A DNA stretch of 64,000 nt from positions 1-64,000 of IMG/VR virus record IMGVR_UViG_3300012662_000198; one strand, written 5' to 3'. The notes below the pieces were generated by a model. That model searched no databases. It saw only the letters and a program-made list of their open reading frames with translations, and was not told where the DNA came from. Below, piece by piece: positions 37,813 through 46,750 of this stretch. Position 1 is the stretch's first letter. Each line of letters starts with the position of its first letter. The position numbers and the translations under genes were made by a program. This stretch comes from a virus (lineage: Duplodnaviria > Caudoviricetes).

Positions 37813-39000
37813 ATGGAAAACGGCTCCCCGAACAGTCTGCCCGACTGGGCTGAAATCATCGACGGCGAACAGGCCAAGCCGGACGACGGTCCCGTCCGCA
37901 AAGGCGGACATGGCAAGGGAGGCCACGCACGCCACGGCAAGCGTGCGGCGGACAACGTTTCCACCGGCGAACACGTGCTCCAATGCTCCATCGGCATCGT
38001 GTTCACCATCGTCATCCTCCTCGTCGCCCAGATAGGATGGATGTTCTACGGGAACGACTTGGACTCCATCCACACTCAGATAGCCGACTCGAAGCACGTC
38101 AGCCTGAACCGGAACGTGGACTTGGACTCCACGCGGATAGCCCAACCCCAATCCGGGGAGCCGCCCGTTGACGGCACTTCGACGCACGGTCAGGTAATCG
38201 GCTGGATGTACATTCCGAAAATCGAAACCGGTTGGAAGAGGGCCATCCAGCAGGGTACCGACCAAGTGGTGTTGGACAATCAGGGCATCGGCCACTACGA
38301 GCAGACCGTCATGCCGGGGGCCGTGGGCAACAGTGCCTACGCGGGGCACCGCACGGGCGGCGACTTGGGTTACGTGGACAGGTTGCAGGCGGGTGACGCC
38401 ATCGTCATACAGACCGCCGAACACTGGTACGTGTACAGGATGACCGAGGGCTGGGTCACCGACCCGACCGACGTGGGAGTCCTCGACACGGACGAGTCCG
38501 ACCCCGACGCCCGCGAACTGACGTTGACGACATGCCACCCTATGAGCGCTTGGGCCGACGAAAGCGTCAAACACAGGTACATCGTCCGCGCCCGCTTCTC
38601 CTATTGGGCGAACGTGTCCGACGGCATCCCCGCCGAACTGAGCACCGCCGACGCGAACCCGGTCGGGAAGGCCGGATACAAGTGGCAGCAGACCGTCCGC
38701 GCCGTCAGCACCTACGCTCCCGCGAGCCTGATGTTCGGCGTGGCGCTGCTCGCCGCGTGGGCCATCCTGAACGGCCTGTGCTGGCTGCTGTGGCACAAGG
38801 ACCGCGAGCGCAAGCCGTCGTCGTGGAACGTGCTGGTGTTGTCTTGGCGATTGCAGCAGGGCGTGTTGCCGTTGCGCGTGTTGAACCTGCTGTTGTTCTG
38901 GGGTGGGTTGCTGTTGCTGTTCTGGTGGGGTGTGGGGCCGCGTTTCTGTTCGTGGTTTCCGTTCCTGCGATGGGTTGGGGTTCCCGCTGTTTCGTTCTGA
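37813..39000 (+). CDS. Sortase (class E-like) with C-terminal TM extension
   Basis: YAGHR (His), LTLTTCHP (Cys), RYIVRA (Arg); N-terminal TM. Confidence 0.9.
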   Translation: MENGSPNSLPDWAEIIDGEQAKPDDGPVRKGGHGKGGHARHGKRAADNVSTGEHVLQCSIGIVFTIVILLVAQIGWMFYGNDLDSIHTQIADSKHVSLNRNVDLDSTRIAQPQSGEPPVDGTSTHGQVIGWMYIPKIETGWKRAIQQGTDQVVLDNQGIGHYEQTVMPGAVGNSAYAGHRTGGDLGYVDRLQAGDAIVIQTAEHWYVYRMTEGWVTDPTDVGVLDTDESDPDARELTLTTCHPMSAWADESVKHRYIVRARFSYWANVSDGIPAELSTADANPVGKAGYKWQQTVRAVSTYAPASLMFGVALLAAWAILNGLCWLLWHKDRERKPSSWNVLVLSWRLQQGVLPLRVLNLLLFWGGLLLLFWWGVGPRFCSWFPFLRWVGVPAVSF

Positions 39001-39054
39001 CCCGGTTTTGGGTTGTGTTTTTTGGTGATTGGTTATTCAAGGAGGTGGCCGTTT

Positions 39055-39564
39055 ATGCGGCAAACGTATCTGACCAGTGACAATCCGGACGTGGTGGCGC
39101 GTCTGCGTGGGGACTGCCGTGAGTATGCGCGTCAGCGTGAGTTGGAGGCGTGGTTCGAGTCCACGCATCATGTGCGTATCGCGTGGCGTGAGGAGGCGGA
39201 CGGCAGGCGTACGGTCGAGGGCGTGAAGGCCGCGGCGTCCAAGGGGACGTTGACCGTGCGGGGCAAGGGTGATTTGAAGGGGCATTGGCTCATGCCGATG
39301 AACGGCGTGTACAGGCCGTGCAGGGACAATGGCGAGGTGTGGCGTATGCTCCGCCAGTTCGAGTGGCGTCCCGACGCTGTTCCGGGCGTGGTCAGTTCGT
39401 ACACGTACACGCCGTACGTGGACCTGTTTGTCGAGGATGGCAGGGCGTTTCTTTCCATGCCGGTGGAGAGTTGGGACGAGTCGTTGTGGCGGAAGACCAC
39501 GAGGGGCGTGTTCCGCGGGGCGGGCCAACGGTTCAACGGCGACATGGCGGAGGCGGGGTTTTGA
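39055..39564 (+). CDS. Hypothetical protein
   Basis: RBS aaggagg. Confidence 0.65.
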   Translation: MRQTYLTSDNPDVVARLRGDCREYARQRELEAWFESTHHVRIAWREEADGRRTVEGVKAAASKGTLTVRGKGDLKGHWLMPMNGVYRPCRDNGEVWRMLRQFEWRPDAVPGVVSSYTYTPYVDLFVEDGRAFLSMPVESWDESLWRKTTRGVFRGAGQRFNGDMAEAGF

Positions 39565-39878
39565 AATCGGATTTGCTGGCCGGCGTGTCCGCCGTCTCGG
39601 GGCTGGTGGCGTTGGCGTTGTCCATGGCGTATTCCACGTGTGTCGGGCATCCTTATCTTCTGGGCGATGGTAAGGCCAAGAGGGTGGGTTTCTGGTGCGT
39701 GTGCTTCTCCCTGCTGACGGCTTTTCTTGAGTTCGTCCGGTTCGTCGGGTCGGGCGGGGTTCTTCCCCTGTTGTGCGGCCTGCTGTGGGCGGCCACGGCC
39801 TTGGTGTGGAAGTGGCTGTGCCTCAACGACGATGACGGGGGCATGAGTTTGGGGGGCGGGGCGTGTTCGACGCGCTGA
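39561..39878 (+). CDS. Small membrane protein (3 TM)
   Basis: TTGA overlap with the upstream gene; hydrophobic. Confidence 0.55.
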   Translation: MKSDLLAGVSAVSGLVALALSMAYSTCVGHPYLLGDGKAKRVGFWCVCFSLLTAFLEFVRFVGSGGVLPLLCGLLWAATALVWKWLCLNDDDGGMSLGGGACSTR

Positions 39879-40162
39879 CCTTCCTGTACGTGGCCGCGTT
39901 CCTCCTGTTCGTCGTGGGCGCGATGGTCTGGACGGTTGGCCGGAGACGGGCGGGGAAGCGTCCGGGTAAGGGCCGTGTGCCCCGTTGGGTGCGGCTGGGC
40001 ACGATAGTGTGCTCTCTGATGGTCGCGTTGCTGGAGGTGTGCCTGTTCGTCGGCAAATGGGGTTTCCTCGAAGGACTGTCGTGCGTGCTGTGGATTGTGG
40101 TGTCGGCGTTGTGGATTGCCGAATACCGTTTGGAAAGAAACCAAGAGAGGAAGGCGGGCTGA
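39863..40162 (+). CDS. Small membrane protein (3 TM)
   Basis: Hydrophobic ORF within the operon. Confidence 0.6.
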   Translation: MFDALTFLYVAAFLLFVVGAMVWTVGRRRAGKRPGKGRVPRWVRLGTIVCSLMVALLEVCLFVGKWGFLEGLSCVLWIVVSALWIAEYRLERNQERKAG

Positions 40163-40537
40163 ATGCTTCCATTCCGTAGGTTCAAAGACGACGCGGCTGT
40201 GCTCGACCAGTGTGTGACGATGATTGAGGACACCATTCACGACATTGAGGAATACGTCAACAAGGACGAGCGTAAGACCGAGTCCTTGACGGAGACGCTT
40301 TCTCACTTGATGGACGTGTATAGCGAGATGTTGGACGTGTTGGAAGACGATGACATGACCGTGAATCCGCGACTGCACTATCGCATGTATCCGAGGGTTC
40401 GCGCCTATATTCGGGACTCATACAATCGCTGCCAGTCGGCGGTGGAACGGTTGGCGCAGTTGGCGAGCGTTCAGGACGAGTTGGATGGCATCGAATGTTA
40501 TGCGAACGGCGAAGTGGATTTCGACGACGACTTCTAA
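40163..40537 (+). CDS. Hypothetical acidic protein
   Basis: Starts immediately after the upstream stop. Confidence 0.65.
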   Translation: MLPFRRFKDDAAVLDQCVTMIEDTIHDIEEYVNKDERKTESLTETLSHLMDVYSEMLDVLEDDDMTVNPRLHYRMYPRVRAYIRDSYNRCQSAVERLAQLASVQDELDGIECYANGEVDFDDDF

Positions 40538-40604
40538 AATATATATGTTCCGATGCTATAGTGGATTCGTTTGCATTGAAGGGGAATCTGAAAATGTCTG
40601 ACCG

Positions 40605-40688
40605 GATTGACACTCCCGTGATTTCAATCACGGGAGTGTCAATCTCTACTTCCGACTGAAGTCGGAGGTTTTACGGCGTGACACATAA
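40605..40688. mobile_element. IS605-derived palindrome plus left-end-like hairpin, interrupting a gene at its 5th codon
   Basis: 36-bp core identical to 4220-4255; the reverse complement of 40652-40688 matches 56978-57014 at 34 of 37 nt; upstream promoter, RBS and ATG TCT GAC CGG at 40594. Confidence 0.8.
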
Positions 40689-40870
40689 ATTGTCTCACTG
40701 TTCCTTCGTTTTGGGCGGTTATGTGTTCCGATGTGTTCGCATGCCGGATGCTCCCACGTGGTTGACGCCACCTCTTTTGCCTGTTATACTGGTAGCGTCC
40801 ACATATAGGCTCGGTTAGTCATTCACCAACCCTGCCCCGCATCAATAACAACCAGAAGGAAACACCTATA

Positions 40871-41386
40871 TTGGGTATCGAAATCTACGAACAGGACAAG
40901 TACGCAACCCACGTCGTCACCAGCAAGGGCGAAATCAAATACGAGTGCAGTGCCCGCAACGTGGCCGAAGCCATCGTCAAAGAACACAACAAGCATGACA
41001 GCGGGGAACCATGGCATGTCGGTACCACCGTCACCTTGGTCAGCGCTAAGAACATCGCATGGCGTGCCGAAGCACTCATCGACTGGGATAAGGTCAAGAC
41101 CGGCAAGAACACTCCCAACAAGTGCGTGAAGGTCACTGCTTCGGAAACCCAGACGAACTTGCAGGAAAGCAAGCCGAAGGTCAGCGCCACCTATCTGTTG
41201 TCCGACGGCGACAAGCCGGAAAACTACATGCGTTGGCATGCCACGGCGTCCGATAAGGATGTCGCCATGGTGTTGGCGAAACAGGCGGCTGTCAAGGCTT
41301 TGGAAGCTTATCTTGAGAAGATTGGCAAGACCGTCAAGACTTCGGTCAAGCCGACCGTAAAGCCGTCCGGGAAGGCTGTCAAATGA
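40871..41386 (+). CDS. Hypothetical protein
   Basis: Follows a TTGACG-17-TATACT motif promoter (40762-40804). Confidence 0.7.
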   Translation: MGIEIYEQDKYATHVVTSKGEIKYECSARNVAEAIVKEHNKHDSGEPWHVGTTVTLVSAKNIAWRAEALIDWDKVKTGKNTPNKCVKVTASETQTNLQESKPKVSATYLLSDGDKPENYMRWHATASDKDVAMVLAKQAAVKALEAYLEKIGKTVKTSVKPTVKPSGKAVK

Positions 41387-41940
41387 GCGGCCAGAACAAA
41401 GCTGAAGAGAATCCGGATGAAGAGTATCTGCTGGACGCGCTTCGAAACTTAGGCCCCACGCCAATCGAGGAGCTTATCGACAAGTCCAGCATGGACGACG
41501 GGTCGAAGAAACAGTTCCATGAATCACTGCGAGCGCATGATTCCGATGTGGCGCGGGAGCAGTCGGTGAAGATTGCCGTCGGTGAGGCGTTGTTGGAATT
41601 GGACAGGTTGCGTGAACGGTTGGATGAAATCAGCGCGTTGACCGTGTGGGATTCCAGTCGGGCGTTGTCCGATGCTATTCCTTCCGTCGAGGCAATCCGC
41701 GTCATCCTCAAGCAGATACGCGGCCATGACAATAGTTGTGTGGATTCCGGTTCTCGAATCCGTTATCGTCTGGTGTGTGATGTGGACGGTGGTATCCTGC
41801 CGTTGCTCGGTCAAATGTCGGACGGGGCTGATGGGTTGGTGTATCTGAAGAACGTGCTTGACGCTTGCAAGTCCGCCAATATCGAAGGGAACCCGCGCAT
41901 CCAGTACGCGTATGCGACCGGTTGGAGGGACTTGAACTGA
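41383..41940 (+). CDS. Hypothetical protein
   Basis: ATGA coupling. Confidence 0.65.
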   Translation: MSGQNKAEENPDEEYLLDALRNLGPTPIEELIDKSSMDDGSKKQFHESLRAHDSDVAREQSVKIAVGEALLELDRLRERLDEISALTVWDSSRALSDAIPSVEAIRVILKQIRGHDNSCVDSGSRIRYRLVCDVDGGILPLLGQMSDGADGLVYLKNVLDACKSANIEGNPRIQYAYATGWRDLN

Positions 41941-41941
41941 A

Positions 41942-42913
41942 ATGTCCAAGTTCGACAAGACAGCCGTGTACGGGAGGGAGAATCCGTTCATTCCCTCCCC
42001 TGAGACCATGGACGCGTTGAAGGACGCGCTCATCGAGGAGGCTGACGAGCGTTCCGACATGCTTATCGGAATGACCACCGCGCCTGATGGGAGGAAGGTT
42101 CTTCGTCGTCAAAGCGCGGGGCGCAACACTGGATGGCGTTCCCTTATCGGATTGCGTTATCGTATCCAGACCAAGGAGGAGGCCGACGAACTCCGTTTGG
42201 ATTATCGTCGTTTCTTCGAGGGGTACGTGGAGCGAACCGACAAGAGCGAGCGTCGTAACCTGTTGGATTTGGAGCATAAGACCGTGGACGGCGCGTACCG
42301 TTACACGGTGGAAGGCGTGGTGGCTGACTGTGAGGAGACGAGCGTATCGAACGGGTATGTGTCCCGCCTGTGTCTGATGTTTCCGCATGTGGTGAATTCG
42401 GATGGTTCTCAGACGCTTATCGACTCGCATATTTGGCTTGCCACGTTCGTGAAGAACACTGTTATCCGTCCCGACCGTATCGAGCCTCATAATGGTTCCG
42501 CCGACCGGCTGATGACGATTCGGTTGGGTGACACGTTGCGTGTGGACGCCGGATTGTGTGCGTATACGGATAAGCGTGGCCGTCACCGTTTCGGATTGGC
42601 GGATTGGACTCCGTTGGACTCGCATTTGAGGTATCTGCAACTCCGTTCGGATGGTACCACCACTCCGCGCGTGGTCAGCGAGCGCCTGTGTGGGCGTGAG
42701 TATGATATCTGCTGGTTGGAGCGGGATGGTAGGCCGGGTTTTCGTTCGGTGATGTTGGATGGGTTGAATGCTCGTGTGAAGGCGGGTTGGAGTTCGTATG
42801 ATTGGCGTCATCGTCCGTTCCTGTCGGATGGTGATGGGTTCCCGTCCGTTTGTCTTGACCAGTATTTGACTCTTGACCCGTATAAGGGTGAGGCTCACGT
42901 GGTGTCCCGTTAG
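41942..42913 (+). CDS. Hypothetical protein
   Basis: 323-aa ORF within the operon. Confidence 0.7.
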   Translation: MSKFDKTAVYGRENPFIPSPETMDALKDALIEEADERSDMLIGMTTAPDGRKVLRRQSAGRNTGWRSLIGLRYRIQTKEEADELRLDYRRFFEGYVERTDKSERRNLLDLEHKTVDGAYRYTVEGVVADCEETSVSNGYVSRLCLMFPHVVNSDGSQTLIDSHIWLATFVKNTVIRPDRIEPHNGSADRLMTIRLGDTLRVDAGLCAYTDKRGRHRFGLADWTPLDSHLRYLQLRSDGTTTPRVVSERLCGREYDICWLERDGRPGFRSVMLDGLNARVKAGWSSYDWRHRPFLSDGDGFPSVCLDQYLTLDPYKGEAHVVSR

Positions 42914-42932
42914 TCGGATTGAGAGGATTTTT

Positions 42933-43577
42933 GTGTTGAGGAATTGTCTTAAGAAAGGTTTCCGTCCGGTGGCCGTATTGACTGTGGCGGTTCTGATGTG
43001 TTCTCTAGGTGGATGTTCGGACAGTGAGTCGGGTTGGTTGGAAGGCCGAGCGTTCACCATGAACGCGTATAGCAACACCGGTGAGCTGACGTTGACGAGT
43101 CATGCCGAGAAAATCGGGTTGGACGGCAATGTGACCACCGACTCCCGTTACTACGGCATCGGCACCAATGGTTCGGTTTCCTCCGGTTCGACCGATTCCC
43201 TGTCTTCGGTCATTACCGTGACCCTTGACGGCAGGGAGTTGGACTCCTGCGGGGATACGCTCATCTTCACCGAAGATGGGTTGGAGCCGGTCAAGGATTT
43301 CGCCGCCGACGCTCTCAAATCTCAGGATACGGAGAAGACGACCGGTACCGGTTCGACGTCGCAATTGTTGAACCGGTATAAGGATTCGTTTGCCAAGAAG
43401 CATGTCGTGGTCATCAAAAGCCAAACGGGAATGCCGATTGAAGCGTTCAACGGCGACAGCATCAAATGGGATATAGACGACAATCTGCCCAAAACAACAA
43501 GACTCATGGTTGATGGTAAAACGATGTATATCCATCGGGCGAACTTTCAAATCATGGATAAGGATTCGTTGCAGTGA
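42933..43577 (+). CDS. Lipoprotein, DUF5052-like
   Basis: Lipobox LGGC; VVIKSQ.G.PI..F.GD...LPKTT.LM.DGK.MYIHRANFQI.D. Confidence 0.7.
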   Translation: MLRNCLKKGFRPVAVLTVAVLMCSLGGCSDSESGWLEGRAFTMNAYSNTGELTLTSHAEKIGLDGNVTTDSRYYGIGTNGSVSSGSTDSLSSVITVTLDGRELDSCGDTLIFTEDGLEPVKDFAADALKSQDTEKTTGTGSTSQLLNRYKDSFAKKHVVVIKSQTGMPIEAFNGDSIKWDIDDNLPKTTRLMVDGKTMYIHRANFQIMDKDSLQ

Positions 43578-43948
43578 GCCACGATACCGAACCGGAGGGG
43601 GCCAAGTTGGTTAGCATCGTAGAGAGGGAAGCCGAGGAAGCGTATCCCACCCAATATTGGGATGATTCCGATATTAAGAAAACGTTCGAGGCCGATAGTG
43701 ACGATTTGCAGGAAGCCTACGTGAACGGGCGTCTCCACCCCGCTTGCGGGGAGGAGATAGAAGCCGTGGCGAAATATCTCATGTGGTCGGACGAACTCCC
43801 GCGATGGAAGAAGACCTACGGGACGACACCCGACGAGGACTTCTTCTGGAAGCGGGCTGAAACGGTCGGCACACGCGACGGATACCTGACGTTAGCCAAG
43901 GAGCTTTTGGAAATCGCACGAAAGAAAATCGAGGAGGGACTAAGGTGA
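43574..43948 (+). CDS. Hypothetical phage-like protein
   Basis: GTGA coupling. Confidence 0.6.
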   Translation: MSHDTEPEGAKLVSIVEREAEEAYPTQYWDDSDIKKTFEADSDDLQEAYVNGRLHPACGEEIEAVAKYLMWSDELPRWKKTYGTTPDEDFFWKRAETVGTRDGYLTLAKELLEIARKKIEEGLR

Positions 43949-44115
43949 TTCGACTGGCCGAGACACGGGAAAAACTCATCGCCGTCGATTTGGACGACAC
44001 CTTCACCGACCATACGGGCGCGTTCCGCGAGGTATTGGCCCAGCTTGGCATCAACGTTCCCGACGGGTATACGAATCGTGTCCTTCCGGTGTTGGGGGCT
44101 TTTCTGGCCTACTAG
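43945..44115 (+). pseudogene. Truncated HAD-family 5'(3')-deoxyribonucleotidase
   Basis: KLIAVDLDDTFTD (HAD motif I); the frame ends after 56 aa at the next promoter. Confidence 0.6.
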
Positions 44116-44182
44116 ACACAAACTATGCTATAGTGGACGTGTTCACACATAAAGGGCCTTCAGACAAAGGAAGAAGCAAACC

Positions 44183-44698
44183 ATGGACACGTCCACCACC
44201 TTGGAGGAACAGATACAGGCTTTGATGGATTCGCTGGCCGACACCGCACTATCCGCCGCCGAGTCGCGCCATCAAAGTCAGGCCGGAGAAGCCCACCTGC
44301 TGTACGCGCTCTACCGGAACGACGGACTCGTAGGCTCGATGCTTCGAGGCTACGGGTTGGAATCCTCTGAAATTCGGCTCCTCATGTCCGATATTCCGAA
44401 CCGTCCGTTGAAAATGGGAGAAGACCCGGTATTGTCTTATTCCAGCCGTCACATATTGCACGATGCCCACGACGCGGTGGAAGTGTTGCGCCACGTGCAA
44501 CGTGATAGTCATGTCGAACTCCTGCTCCGCGCCCATGGCATCGAACTGCCCGAACATCAACCCACTCGGGAGCAGGTCGAGGCGGCGTCAAGAACCGGCG
44601 TCAACCTAGCCCAGACCGTCAGCCCCAACCGTGGGCGTCAGGTCGGTGTGGATTATCTCTCCTACACTCGGCTCATGCTCGAAGCCGCGTTGAACTGA
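44183..44698 (+). CDS. Stand-alone Clp N-terminal (Clp-R) domain protein, paralog 1
   Basis: A...A..R......EAHLLYAL....L....L...G...EIR...P.LS......L..A; C-terminal PT.EQVEAA...RLMLEAALN. Confidence 0.65.
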   Translation: MDTSTTLEEQIQALMDSLADTALSAAESRHQSQAGEAHLLYALYRNDGLVGSMLRGYGLESSEIRLLMSDIPNRPLKMGEDPVLSYSSRHILHDAHDAVEVLRHVQRDSHVELLLRAHGIELPEHQPTREQVEAASRTGVNLAQTVSPNRGRQVGVDYLSYTRLMLEAALN

Positions 44699-44723
44699 AC
44701 GAAACCAGCCGAAAGGAATACCC

Positions 44724-45110
44724 ATGGAAAACACTGAGATGAAAAACGGGGAGACGGACGCCGTGGATGCAATCATCGCATGGTTGGACGAGCGGATAGA
44801 CAGGACGGAAAAGACCATGTCCGCCGGTGAGGACGATTTTTCATGGCTTGCCGACCGTGAATACCTGCAAGCCTACCGAAACGCCCGCTCACACATGACA
44901 GCCCTGCGCGGCACGGACGAATACACGGTGCGACATCTGGCCGAATGGTGCGGGATTCGTAAGAGGGAGGCGAAGAACAGTCTGCAACGACTGTTGGAAT
45001 CAAACATCCCGTATGGAGATGATTCCATCACCTGCGCCGATTCGAGAAGGTTCGCCTACCAGACAATCATCGACCGTTGCGAAGAAGAAGACAAGGAGGT
45101 TCGGAAGTGA
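44724..45110 (+). CDS. Hypothetical protein with internal duplication
   Basis: AIIAWLDER...QAY / HLAEWCGIR...FAY halves. Confidence 0.65.
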   Translation: MENTEMKNGETDAVDAIIAWLDERIDRTEKTMSAGEDDFSWLADREYLQAYRNARSHMTALRGTDEYTVRHLAEWCGIRKREAKNSLQRLLESNIPYGDDSITCADSRRFAYQTIIDRCEEEDKEVRK

Positions 45111-45667
45111 CCAATACGACAATCAGCGACATCGTCCGGTACGCGGACAAGACCGCCCGCGAACGGAACGTGAAGTGGATGGACACGACCATCCTGCTCA
45201 AGGCCCTCATCTGGTCGGCCAGTGAAGCCTATCGCATTCTCCAACGTGGCGGACTGGGGTATTCGGAAGACAACCCCGACTATCTGACGAGATTCGACCG
45301 AGAGCTGGTGAGATTCGACAACGAACCGTTGGAGGAAGGCGAGAAGCCACGGTTCACTCCGGTCGCCTTACGGTTGGTCGAGCATGCGAACAGCCCACTC
45401 GCATTGTTGAGGGCGATGCAACACACCGACTGCGAGGGCAATCTGATTCTCAAAGAACATTGGATATGCCCCCCCGAACATGAGCCTTCGGACGAGCAGG
45501 TGGAGCGTGCCGCCGAAGCCGGATACTTCCTTTCCGCCCGCTCCTACTTCTCCTACGGAAACCTGAAACCATGGGACAAGGTGAAGCAAGCGTCCAAGGA
45601 GAAATGGCGGGAATGGGCGCGGCTCATGCTCGAAGCCACACTCAACGGAACGGAGGAAGCATGGTGA
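45107..45667 (+). CDS. Stand-alone Clp N-terminal domain protein, paralog 2
   Basis: A.K.AR......T..LL.AL.......L...G...EKPRFTP.AL..VE.A; same C-terminal PS.EQVE.AA...RLMLEA.LN. Confidence 0.65.
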   Translation: MTNTTISDIVRYADKTARERNVKWMDTTILLKALIWSASEAYRILQRGGLGYSEDNPDYLTRFDRELVRFDNEPLEEGEKPRFTPVALRLVEHANSPLALLRAMQHTDCEGNLILKEHWICPPEHEPSDEQVERAAEAGYFLSARSYFSYGNLKPWDKVKQASKEKWREWARLMLEATLNGTEEAW

Positions 45668-45829
45668 AGAATCTGGATTGGCTTATCGACAAGCTCTGGC
45701 GGGTCGCCGACTACACGGAGTTCGAAGGTCGGGCGGAAGACCCGACCCTGAAGGCAGTGGAAGGAATCGAACAGTGAACGTCAACGGCGTGGACATCGAA
45801 TACCAGTTCGACGGCGCGCACGACGCGCG

Positions 45830-46672
45830 TCAGACGGCTACGGGAGCTTTGATTGACGGCCATGGGGTGTAGCCGATGAGATGGAACATGTCCGGCTTGT
45901 AGTCGAACAGGCTATCCGCCTTGTCGATTTCCATATACGGCCACGGGCGTGGCTCGCGCGACAATTGTTCGCACACTTGTTCCAGATGGTTCAAATACAC
46001 GTGCGTGTCGCCGCCGACCCAAATGAACCGTCCCGGCTCCAATCCGGCCTGTTGGGCCATCATCATGGTCAGCAACGAGTAGGAGGCGATGTTGAACGGT
46101 ACGCCCAAGAACATGTCCGCCGACCGCTGATACAGTTGGCAATCCAGAAAACCGTCTCCACGCACGTGGAATTGGAACAGGGCGTGGCATGGCGGTAATG
46201 CCATTTCGTCCAATTCTCCCGCGTTCCATGCGGATACGATGATTCGACGGCTGTTCGGATTGTGCTTGATAAGGTCGAGCGCGTTCGACAATTGGTCTAC
46301 CGTGGTGCCGTCGGTTTTATGCCATGAACGCCATTGGATGGGATACCCTTTGCCAATTGTTCCGTCCGGCAACACCCATTCATCCCAAATGTGGACGTTC
46401 TGCTTTTGCAGAGTGTTGACCTTGTTGTCTCCGGCAATGAACCACAACAGTTCCGCGATGATGCCACGCAGGAACACTTTCTTCGTGGTCACGAGCGGGA
46501 AACCGTCTTGCAGATTGAATTCCATAAGCGTGCCGAACGTGGACAACGTTCCCACTCCGGTACGGTCGTGAGTCAGCTCGCCTTCCAGTACGACTTGTCG
46601 TAACAGTCTCTCATATGGCTGGTCGCGTTCCAATGTTCCGGCAACATAGTTTTTAGCTTCTTTCGGTGTCAT
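45830..46672 (-). CDS. thyA: Thymidylate synthase
   Basis: [49 protein letters not shown]. Confidence 0.97.
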   Translation of the reverse strand: MTPKEAKNYVAGTLERDQPYERLLRQVVLEGELTHDRTGVGTLSTFGTLMEFNLQDGFPLVTTKKVFLRGIIAELLWFIAGDNKVNTLQKQNVHIWDEWVLPDGTIGKGYPIQWRSWHKTDGTTVDQLSNALDLIKHNPNSRRIIVSAWNAGELDEMALPPCHALFQFHVRGDGFLDCQLYQRSADMFLGVPFNIASYSLLTMMMAQQAGLEPGRFIWVGGDTHVYLNHLEQVCEQLSREPRPWPYMEIDKADSLFDYKPDMFHLIGYTPWPSIKAPVAV

Positions 46673-46696
46673 AGATTTTGTCCTTTCATCAGCCCA

Positions 46697-46748
46697 TTGA
46701 CGTCCTCCCCCGCCTTATGCGAGGCGGGGGCTTCCTGCTCAAGAACCC
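46697..46748 (-). mobile_element. Orphan IS605 right end between the RNA ligase gene and thyA
   Basis: 46721-46748 is identical to 27740-27767; hairpin plus TCAA terminus. Confidence 0.8.
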
Positions 46749-46750
46749 TA

